A DNA stretch of 64,000 nucleotides from contig JBHGNT010000001.1 of assembly GCA_043228905.1 (NCBI GenBank), positions 36,580,001 through 36,644,000 of the forward strand, read 5' to 3'. A program made the translations under genes and the position numbers. Source of the stretch: Azolla caroliniana (taxonomy: Eukaryota > Plantae > Polypodiophyta). The notes beneath the pieces are model-generated. The model was not told the origin of the DNA. It ran no database searches and saw nothing but the letters and a program-made list of their open reading frames with translations. Numbering within the stretch: position 1 is the stretch's first letter; each line of letters begins with the position of its first letter. This document shows positions 25,936 to 36,819 of the stretch, one piece after another.

Positions 25936-27178
25936 TATTCAACATGCTCTGTCATTATTATAATACTTGTAAATTTGGGTCGAGAAAGAATCCAAGCTCC
26001 CGTTGATAGTAACAACAGCTTAACCGCCCCAAGCTCCCGTGGTGTAGATTCCAGAATTGAGTAAAGACAATGATATTTTTCTAGAGATACTGCTACCTGG
26101 CAGAAACTTTGTTACAAGTTTTGCAGACAAAAGAAAAGCAGAATCGTTTTGAATGTCCCTGCCAACCCTGCGTTGTATTTCTAGAGGGTAGCAGGAATCA
26201 AACCCGTATCAAAGGCCTGGACGGCTAAGGGTTATATAATCCAATCCCGAGTAACGAGTAATGACACGGGTTTCCCTGCTCCTGTTTTTGGGGCCTCCCC
26301 AATAAGTTTATAACAGTAAAACGAACTTTATATAACACGCTTCATTGCAAGATAAATCATATAGTCATCTGGCATCTAAACCCACATCACGACATTTACG
26401 TCAGAATTGCGACACAGATACAATACTGGAGCTATATAGCGTTACAAACGTCACTTTAGCTTTACGAGAACGAAGAATGCTACTTAAACTTATCAACAAT
26501 TTATACGGGCAGCGCAGTATCATCCAACACACTCTAATTTAAATGCCACCATAGCGTAGTCGTACGACAATTACAGTCTAGCAAGAAATATATAACAAAC
26601 TTTCCCAGCTTTTTAACCTAAGAATGAACGAGATTACGACAAGCACACAAATATATTTCACACAAAACACGTCTTTCAAAAAGCTACAAAATACTAATTT
26701 GCGAAGAAGAATGATTTGATGATTTCCATACACATTAACAGATTTTACAGACACCGTGGTGTAACGACTACGTAAACTTAGAAACGACGAGAACATATGA
26801 CAAAGCTGTACTGTTCTTGAATTTAAAGTTTCAACAGTAATCAAAAAAGGCTATTCCTTGAAGCAAAACACTCCAGGTTGTCGCCTGTGTGAGGACACTT
26901 AGGGAACGCATTAAATAAGCGCTTCACATTAAATGACATAATTGTACCGACCGATCTTCCTTTATCTGTTCCAATTTTCTCAATCCTAATCAGCCGTGAT
27001 TGTTCTGGAATAACATAATGCTGTGAAGTCGCATCCACGACCATCCATAACCGTACACTTCACATCTACACTGACCTCCGATGTCGTAAGGTGGAGCAAT
27101 AAAGTCGCAGACCTATGAGTAAAGGAAACAAAAACTGTACTATATTGTACAAACGACAGAACACAATTCAGAAGATAT

Positions 27179-27309
27179 ATGTCTCAGAAAATATCGATAG
27201 GCTCACAGAAATGCAGTGGCATGCGTCAAGAGGGTTCTCCCCGGAGATCCAGGGTTCCTGACAACCAGAGCTGCAACTAAAACCATGACAATAAAATCAT
27301 CACAGATCA
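27179..27309 (-). ncRNA. Box C/D snoRNA-like RNA, copy A
   Basis: Minus strand: box C GUGAUGA (27303-27297) ... box D CUGA (27187-27184), a short terminal stem and a long internal hairpin. Paralogous to copy B. Confidence 0.7.
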
Positions 27310-27380
27310 TATCTCTCCTGCAAGTGAGGAGATGGCATGCCGGAAGAGAAAAGGTAGACATCTGTCTGTACGAATGGAAA

Positions 27381-27518
27381 GAGTCTCAGAGAGTTATCGT
27401 GATTGGCTCACAGAGATGCAGTGGCATATGCCAGGAGGGTTCTCCCTGGGTTATCCAGGGTTCCCGACGGCCAGAGCTGCAACTAAAACCATGAAACGAT
27501 AGGAATCATCACCGACCC
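27381..27518 (-). ncRNA. Box C/D snoRNA-like RNA, copy B
   Basis: Minus strand: GGGUC-g-GUGAUGA (27512-27506) ... CUGA (27389-27386)-GACUC. It has a 5-bp terminal stem (one G-U pair) and internal stems that covary with copy A. Confidence 0.75.
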
Positions 27519-27766
27519 ACAGCCCATGGTTTCTGCCTCCATGGCGCTCGCTGACTGTGTCTCTGATGAGACTCGGAGCAGCATGGGCTTTTTATTCGTG
27601 AGAAACAGAGAGATGCCCTAGCTTCTCTTCGGTTTCACACTGATACTTGTCTGTCCAAGGCTCCCGTCAGTTTCCAAGTCTAGGTTTTTGCTAGGAGTAA
27701 GCGAGTTGCTCTACAACTCTTTCATTCCCCGTATAAATTGTACACAATACAATAGACATTCGGTTA

Positions 27767-27852
27767 AGTGCGCACTGTGAACGCAAGGAAGAAGTGCGCA
27801 CTTTGGGGTTTTCTAAAACATTTTAGGGTTCTTTGGAAATTTTTAGGGTTTT
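27767..27852 (-). promoter_or_regulatory. Telo-box-containing promoter region of the putative snoRNA host transcript
   Basis: On the minus strand: AAACCCTA (27851-27844), AACCCTAA and AAACCCCA variants, plus two AGTGCGCACT palindromes. Telo boxes are typical of plant ribosome-biogenesis and snoRNA promoters. Confidence 0.5.
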
Positions 27853-30213
27853 CTGAAATATTTTCCTTCTATCCTCTAATCATACAATTCTTGATCAGAA
27901 AAGTGATCAAATTACATTATATAATTGATCTGAAACGTTCCTGGTTCTGGCATACATACTCTTCAGTTTCTTTCTCGATTCTAGATTACCTTTAGTTTTT
28001 GTCTTTTTGCTACGTTTGAGGAATACATCCATTATGCAACAAAACTAATGAACTTCCTTGGATGTGATGAGTTTTTTTCTTGCGTTTTTTTCCTCGTGGC
28101 AGCATGTTTGAGGAATCGAAGTGTAGATGGCGGAGACATGAAAAGATAGTGGGGAATCAATGGACAAATCATAGGCGGCAACTTCTGTCATCTTTGAGAA
28201 TAAAGAAGATGCACAGAAAGAGAGAGGGAGGGAGAGAGGCTTTCTTCATGCAGGAAAAGAGCATGCATGCACGTGGCACATGCACACACAGAAAGAGAAG
28301 GACAATAGAGAGAAGTTTTGTTGCACATGGAGAAACAGAGCTCGCGTTCACAGCCAATCACTGCAAAAACTTGAACTATTCACAATCATCAAGAATTGTT
28401 TGCCCTTCTTTGCTTATGTTCTTTAATCAAGAATCAAAATCATAAACGCACACACACACACACACATAGAACACATGACACACACATAGACATAGACACA
28501 AAAACTCCTTTTGTTGTTTTTGAATGTTTGGAACATAGTTTCAATTTGGTTTAATGTAATTTCGTCACGAAACAATGTAAATTTTGACCTCTATAAAAAA
28601 AAGTGCACTCAAAAGAATGGTGCATTTAAGTGGGCACAAACTTAATTGAATGTTTACTGAACATACCATCCAGGCCTGAAACTTTTCCATCCCTTTGCCT
28701 ACCGACCTTAAATCTCTTCGGTCAATTCTCATTTCTCAACGCCCGCAATCCCACTTGACATATTTCCACACATTGCATGTATTAAGTGTTCGGGAACTAT
28801 TTTCTATTTACACAACTAGCTAAGACATTTTTGGGACTTGCTTTTCATAGCTCGAAAAAATCTCGAATTTTATCATTTTTTCTTTTGGCCACATTTTAGT
28901 TCCTTCCACTTTTGCAATTATAAGGCATTATTAATTTCAGAGTGATCAAGATTTTTCACCCTATAGGTCCATCCAATATTCGTGTACTCTTTTATGGAAT
29001 AATTTGATATCAAGTTTATATTTGGTCTCAAATAGTCTACTAGAACATGACATTGAAGTTAGTGGGCTTTGTATATTGCTTGTCTTCACAATGTTGATAC
29101 CTTAAATCTCATGTACATGTTTTTGTAAGAATATGTTGATTTTTCGTCTATCTAACGCTCCAACATACTCGGTATTTTCATGCGGAATCACTTAATTGAC
29201 CCGCATTAAGCTCACTCTTTATAGAACATACATTACAACAATGATGTGTCGTTTGAAGAAGTAATACACACATGTTAAGCTGCAAAAGGAAAGTATATGT
29301 AGAAAGCTTCATGTTTCCTTAATTACTTACTTGCAATGAGGATGCATGAAAGGCATCACATAGAAAGATCACTACATTTCAACAAAGTATGTACACTCCA
29401 ACAATGTCTTAAAACCACTCCAACAAAGTATGTACATGACACTTCAATCAATTATGAAGATTGAGTCATGAGAGCTTGAAAGTGTGTTATCACATATTTC
29501 ACTTTCCCAAAAATGGGGACCTAGATGAATTGTTTACTTTGAAGATTGAATTGAAAGCTTTTGTTTAGTCAAACTCGGCAACTATCATGACCATGCCAAT
29601 GATAAGATGTAACATAGTTTTAAAAGCTTATGCACAATGTAGCATTGTGTAACCGTGGTTTGAAGGATGATCAGACATATCCTAATTAGTTAATCCTCAT
29701 CTATGAAGCAGTCAATGAGAAAGTCTAGATGGAATTAATCTAAATTCCTCTAACTTGCATGTTTTCTTGTTTAAAATTGTCTACACACTAGAAAGCATCT
29801 TCTATAAATATAATTATAATACTCCCACAAGGAATCCTATTCTCCCCTTCTTTAGAGATACAATGCCTGATGATACACTATGGAGGAGATCGATAGAACT
29901 ATATATGCGTTCAGTGGCATAGGTATTAAAAAATTCATGCATAAAAAACATATGAAAAGTGAAACTTTCCAAGTAGAACACACATTTCTCTTTTATCATC
30001 AGTGCTGATCCAATACCCAATCTTATCGCAACTTTTCCAATCCAGCCGTTGCACAACATGCTAAATTCTGGAACACACTATGGACAAACTAACTATACAC
30101 TAACCCCAAAGATTTTAAGGAACTTCTGTCAATGAATTTGGTTTGGTGTTCTTTTTGTATCATACTCAACAATTATTTTTCCTCTTCTATATGACTGAGT
30201 GCATATGGATGCT

Positions 30214-32364
30214 CTACAAGACCCCATGTTGTTGATTGGCTTGTGCTTGGTATTCTTTTCGGATACTCCATAAACATTCCGCTACTTCATTCATGTTTGG
30301 TCTATCTAGCTTTGTTGGTGCCGAGCAATGAAAAGCTACTTCCGCCACTTTCTTCACTGCCACATAAGCCACTTCGCACTTCTCCAATTTCGGATCCATA
30401 ATCCCCGCCAAATTGTTTTCCAAGAAATTCTTAAAAGCCTAAATTGAGTTAAAGAAAACATTTATTCCAAATAGGTTTTATTCCAGTCCTATATGTTATA
30501 GTTATTCATTACCAATAGAAGTCAAGAAAAGCTCAAACATAGAGAAGGGGGCACACACCAGAGTACCTACCCCAAGCATTTTGGATATTTACCAGAATAC
30601 TCTATGTTTTAAAAATTACCAGGATGCCTTTGTTGTAGCAGTAAATTTTGCATTGCAGAGAGATGTTCTAGTAGTAAAATTTCGAGGATTTAAGAGGTAT
30701 TCTGATAAATATCCAAAAATGTTAAAGAGGTATGTATTTTGGTGTTTTGCTTGCAAAAAAGAGGAAAACATAGCAAACTGACCCATCGAACAGTAATTTT
30801 TTCTTCTAGAGGTCGATTTGGTTCGATCGGACACCGCCCCGTCAGCAACTCCAAGAGTAAGATGCCATAAGAGTAAACATCACTCTTAGGTGTCAATTGA
30901 TAGGATTTCAAGTATTCAGGGTCAAGATATCCCGGGGTTCCTTTGATTTGCTTCGTGATATGAATATCATCGGTTCCCAGAGACCCAGCCCTGGAAAATC
31001 CAAAATCTGCAACTTTGGCCCTGAAGTGTCTTGTTAAAAGTATGTTTGAGGATTTGATGTCACGGTGTATGATGGGACGCTCTAGAGCCAAAAGAAGAGG
31101 AAAAGATATCAAGAACAGCTTTGCTCAAATGGTGTCACTGTAAACAATTTAATAAATTTGGTGGTATTTTATGTGTTAAATCTAGTGCCTTTCTACTTTA
31201 TAGGTAACAAACAGAAACCGAGTTTTTCGAAGTTTGCCTGCTCATGGAAAGTGGCCTTGAACCGTTCCAGTCTATATTTTTGGTGTGATTCTTTTATATG
31301 AACCACAATGGAAGGTTTACTAAACCACAACATCATAACCCTACTATTTTTCATGGAAAATCTAAGGCAACGTGCTTAGAACAAGCATTTTTTTAGCCTA
31401 AAGAAAAACCAGCATGCACAGTTACTCATTGATTGAACCTCTCAGATGGCTGCCTGAACAAAGTCAGTTTGGTGGATACTTTTGGACAATGAGCATCATC
31501 AGAATGTTAAACCAAAAATAAAAATTGAGAACTAACCTGCATACAAGTGGAGGTACGTAAGGGCATGAGCAATGTCAATTGCGATATCTAAACGCATAAG
31601 CAAGTCTAGCATGACACCAAATTCACCTGCGTGATGAAGAAAAATCATACTAAATTAGCTGCTCTTGCTACTAATGACATTTGTTAGTTAAGTGAATTCT
31701 CATCAAAGAAATAACCGCACTCACAGTCAAGATGTTGCCTCAAATTGCCATTTGGGACATACTCCTGAACTAAAATGCATTCATTCTCCTTGTCACAATA
31801 CCCTATAAATTTGACAAGGTTCAAGTGCTCTACATTTGCCAATACATTCACTTCAGTTTGAAATTGAGCTGTCAATCGCAACATGAATTCATCCTATGAA
31901 TTAAAAAAGAGTATCGGTACATACCTCGATTATCATGTTATATATGTCAAATAAATGATAGTGACTCGTATACGCTTAACAAAGTACATTTAACATTACC
32001 ATGATGGTTTTACCTTTCTAGCTCGTTTAACTGCAACTTCTGTGCCATCTGAAAGTATTCCTTTGTAAACAATTCCAAACCCACCTTGTCCAATTTGGCG
32101 AAATAGTGAGAAATTTAAGGTTGCATTGTTAAGTTCGTCCAAAGTGAAAACAATAGCATTCCCCCGTTCTGGCATCATTTGAGACACAAAGCCATTAGAT
32201 TCATTGGATATAGGTTTCTGCCCAGAGGGATCGATCGAAGGAAAATGGGGGTGATCGTGTTCCTTTTCCTCGATAAGCTTTTCTTTTTTCACACAGATGC
32301 AAGAAAACCAGGAGAATATCCTTTCCAATCCACTCAGGGACAGATCAGTCTTCATCTGAGGCAT
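30214..32364 (-). CDS. CRCK: Receptor-like cytoplasmic kinase, CRCK (calmodulin-binding RLCK-IV)-like; exons 32014-32364, 31725-31893, 31537-31626, 30783-31081, 30214-30438
   Basis: Motifs [63 protein letters not shown] and [10 protein letters not shown]. No extracellular domain is seen. Confidence 0.88.
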
Positions 32365-34344
32365 GGAAAAAGATGGGGAAATCTTTTACTTTATCAAGGA
32401 AAGAACATGGCTAGTTTCACATTATTGCCTTTTCCTCGAAGCTCTTTCACACATCCTGGCAAAACGAATAGAATTGAGTTGAGAATCGCGTTTAGTGTTT
32501 TGAGATGCTTGAATAACTATCTGACTGATATATTAACTCCATAAACTCGTGTTGACCTTAAAATCCTAGATCTATCTATGAGTCGTGAATCATGATAAAG
32601 ATGAAAGTCATTCCCGGTGATCGAATCTCTTCTATTATCAAATATTAAGATTCAAACAACTCAAGTCCAGTTTCAGAGAAGAACTACGAGTTGTCGCATG
32701 TCAGGTTAGAAAACATCAAATGGAGATGTGTATGTGCAGTGTCGATAAAAACGGATGAACCTGACTTCAACGCATGAGAAAGCCCACATATAATCAACAA
32801 TGAATTGAGCAGAGACAGAGACACAGAGAGATCATACCGTAGCTCCATATGGAAAAAATGAAAAACCGAATGACCAGAATGCATAGGGAACAAAAACAGT
32901 GACATACAAAAGAAGAATCAACGCCAAAAAAACCTCCGAGGCCCTCTAGTATGTCTAGAGTTTACCTTTTATGCTGATCCGGCCACATGACCATTTCATA
33001 AGGCAACAATTTTCACAACCTTTTGTGGTTATTTTGATTATCTTCTGATCACCCAAATCATATGACCAAATGAGTTCGAGCATTCTCGCAAGGCATCTTG
33101 TTGTTGTGTTAAAAGTCATTTATCTTAGTCGTCTCTAGCTCAACCTAATTAATTAAGTCGAACATTCCCGTAGGGCCAACCATTGTGTTGAATTATCTCC
33201 TCTTGTCATTTGTAATGCAACCACTCTCTTATAGTTATCTTAGATTATCTATCTTCAAGTCCTATGTGGCACGATTATATAAGTGAACATTTTTACATGG
33301 CCCACCACCATTTATTAAAGAATAACAACATGGAATTTTCCTAGTCAGAACCATTCCAAAGTATTTTAAGTAAACAATGATAAAAGCAAAATAACATTAG
33401 AGTGAGATTATGCAAGATTTGAAGACACCTTTGAGATGAGCTAAATATTATTGTCGCTAGTCACACTCAATTGATTGCAAGTCAAGATAAATTGATACCT
33501 TTTTGCTTTGTTTTTGAAAGATAACATATTGTCAAATGCATTGAAAATGTGATATGTTTTTATTATTAATGAGCCTTTAGAGACATCATTGTACATTGAA
33601 AATGGATTAGTTGTGACCTTCGTCATTCTACTCCAGGGTTGACTTGGCAATTGATATAGGATTCATTGTTTGAGGTTTGTCACACCATCATACCATATGC
33701 ATGCTAAAAGTCCGAAAGACTCTAGTTTATTTAACCTATCAAGATTTTATTTCATTGTTCTCTGTGGCTAGCAATCCATTCCATCACTCATTTTAAAATA
33801 TAATACATATACATTGAGACATTCAAGCAACACACTACCTTGCCATTCTAAGAACCTACAACCCCATTCCCAATAATTCATCACACAAAATACTATTATA
33901 GAGGTAGAATTCATGATCTTGCATTTCATGTTTGGAAGCACCCAATAATGAAAACCAAATATGAGGAGATGCACACTCACATCACAACATTCACATGACC
34001 CTGAACCCTAAACAGACTAAGATCTCAAGCCAATGTCTCTGCAAACGTTCACAGCGTCACACTTCAACAGGAACACCACCATGTTTCAAAGCACACAAGC
34101 ATAGGCACATTTACGTTACAAAACATTAGCCCAACAAGTTATCAACATACATATATCTACAGACAACTTATAGTATAGAGTTAGCTACATATGGTAATAT
34201 AGAGTTATCAACATTGCTGGGTATGGCAAAATGCTCCACATGTCAATCAATACTCTGGAACAGAGTTTCCCAAAATATGCATTTTTCTGAAACATCGTAT
34301 AAAACCAGGCATGGTGATTCTTCTCTATTCAGAATCGATCCAAG

Positions 34345-35524
34345 ATGGCTGCAACGACCCGTCATGTCATCCTATTTTTAACGTCAATCGCCCTTCTCTT
34401 CGTCTGCGGTGCGGTAAGATGCCATGGGGTGAGTGAACTGAGGGATGATGATGATGATGATTCTCTTGTTTATGATGGATATGGACGTCGACGTGATGGA
34501 GGCAGACATGAATCCAAGCTTCCCCAACAAGTGCTTCACAAGATGAAGGCCAAGGAAGAGGTCCTGTTCGAGGGAGGTTCATTCAAAATATGGTGGAGAG
34601 ACGTCCTGCAATTTCCTGATGTTCACATCGAAGTCTCGGAAATCACATTTGAAGAAGGAGGCCTCTTGCTCCCCCAGTACGCCGACTCTGATGGCATCTC
34701 CTACGTTTTGGAAGGTAAAACTTACTGCTACTGAGGGATTTCTTAGGTAATTATCAGAAACCTACCTTATGAGTGAGTACAAGGATATCCTCATCCAAAA
34801 TCAATGGTTCTAGCTAGCTACACAGATCGGATGTAAATATGTGTTTCATAGTAGACTAGAATTGTGTGGTGTGTGCACATGTAATCGTTATCATTCTATG
34901 AGCAGGGAGCGCAAAAGTCGGGATTGTTTCTCCATCTACTGAAGGACAACAACCTCCATACCTCCACATCAAGCAAGTGGAGAGAGGAGATGTGATAGGC
35001 ATCCCTAAAGGAGTGGTCTTTTGGTGGTACAATGATGGGGAAGGTGATCATAGGATCTTTGCTGCATCCGATTCAACCACGGGAATACATCCTGGTCGAT
35101 ACCATGTACGCATATATGATCTCAAAACTCTACTACTATATAAACACAAATGTCTAGTAAGAAATATCTTTTCAGTCTTGTAAGAAATATGTCTCCTCTC
35201 TCGTATTCGTACATTGATGATGTGGGTTTGATTTGCACCCAATGTCCGTTGATACTTCCATCATTAATAATGTGGTTTTGCATTCCTACATTAATACTGC
35301 AGATTCAAATTTAATGTGTGTGGGTAATTCCATTATGGGTTTGTGTGTTTGGTTATGGTGCTACTTTGCCCATGTATGTATATGATGTGAGTATGCACAT
35401 CCCTGTACTCCGTGTCTTTGTTTATGTTGCTAGCTGTATGTGAAAATACATGTAGGTGTAACGTATGTGGGTAATACATGTAGGTGTAACGTATGTGGGT
35501 ATATTTATATGTTCGAATATATGT

Positions 35525-35560
<36 letters not shown>

Positions 35561-36819
35561 CGAATATATCCAATTCATCCATACATTCATCCATACATGT
35601 GGGATATACATGTATATATATATGTGTGTACGTATGTTTGTGTATGCACCTTGGTGCCTACATTACACGCCCTACAGACATTATTCATGTAATTGTATAT
35701 GGTAGTATGTAACTATATATGTGGGTAATATAATGTACAGGCTTTACATCAAATTTCAAATATTTTGAGCAGCAATTTTCACTAGCTGGAGCAAAAGGCG
35801 ACCGTTTTGGTGGAATGCTTCATGGTTTCAGTCGCAAAGTTTTGGCTGCCGCATGGGGTGTAGACGAAAAGACAATGGCCCTCTTGTTAGACAGCCAAAA
35901 GGACACAACCATGATCAAGATTGATCGGAAGATTAGTAGTCTTTCAGACCCTAGAATCAGAACCCGAAGGTAATGTAGAGGACACAAGTTAATATATGGG
36001 GCATTATTGATGTAGGTAGTATGTGCTGATTTGCTTTTGTGATGTGAATATTTGCAAATATTTCAATATTTTGTTCATCAGTGCGGGATTGCACATTGCA
36101 AATGTGCTTGGTGAAGATGGGTTGCCAGGTAACCCAGGCGAGTTCAAGTATAAGTTGGATCAGGAATATCCTGATCTTTACGTGAAACGAGGCGGTTGGA
36201 TGAAGGTGGTAAATGAAGATCATCTACCCATACTCAAGCTTGTTGGGATGAGTGCAGTAAAGGTTGGACTGGAAAAGGTTAGTTGTATAATAATTATGTA
36301 TTTTTCTGGATTTTTCTTGTACTTGGAACTTGGTAGTTAATGTTGCATCTGTTGATTCTGTAGAATGCACTGGAGGGCCCTCTGATGGTCGGAGATGCTC
36401 ACCAGGTGATATATGTCATGAGTGGGAGCGGCAAAATAGAGATTTCAAACAATGATGGGGAGACTATCTTGTCTGACAAGGTCCAAGAAGGCTCAGTTGT
36501 GGCCATCCCGAAGTTCTTGCCGTCAATAAGGGTTGCCGGTGCCGAAGGCTTGACATTTATCTCTTTCCTTACATCATCAAGGTAAAAACGTGTGACAATT
36601 TGGGTCCCTTTTTTATGTTCTCCAAAATGTGGGTGATGTATGGTGATATTTGTTGATACCAGGCCACTACCATCTTATCTTGTGGGGAAGAACTCTTTCT
36701 TTGATACCATCCCAATGCAAGTTCTAGCTGCATCTTTTGATGTGGATGAGCAGACACTTTCATCTATATGGGAAGGCCGGAGACATGATGAAGCTATCTT
36801 TCCTCCTCCCGTAGCTTAA
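34345..36819 (+). CDS. Secreted bicupin, 11S globulin/legumin-like (candidate spore storage protein); exons 34345-34714, 34906-35105, 35773-35969, 36082-36277, 36364-36581, 36663-36819
   Basis: Signal peptide and Asp-rich linker; cupin 1 GLLLPQYADSDGISYVLEG...GDVIGIPKGVVFWWYNDG; GMLHGFS..VLAAAW; cupin 2 QVIYVMSGSGKIEI...EGSVVAIPKF; terminal AIFPPP. All splice phases are consistent. Confidence 0.9.

Noticed and set aside
26190-26390. Telomerase RNA or RNase MRP candidate (CCTCCCCAA end, USE-like CCCACATC)
   Set aside because: There is no proper CUAAACCCU template and no MRP CR-I/CR-V motifs, and the USE-like motif is wrongly placed relative to a TATA box.
27270-27290. CAACTAAAACCATG as an antisense guide to 18S helix 34, or AAACCAT as the U17/snR30 m2 motif
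   Set aside because: It is on the strand opposite the C/D boxes, needs gaps to pair, and has no m1 motif or correctly spaced ACA.
27200-27495. miRNA precursor interpretation of the duplicated hairpins
   Set aside because: The conserved 24-nt block pairs with large asymmetric bulges. Conserved C/D boxes and terminal stems explain the repeat better.
27555-27640. Hammerhead ribozyme-like CTGATGA ... GAAAC on the + strand
   Set aside because: Stem II does not close with the required R-Y pair, and stem I has two mismatches next to the core. CTGATGA lies within a simple GTCTC/GAGAC hairpin.
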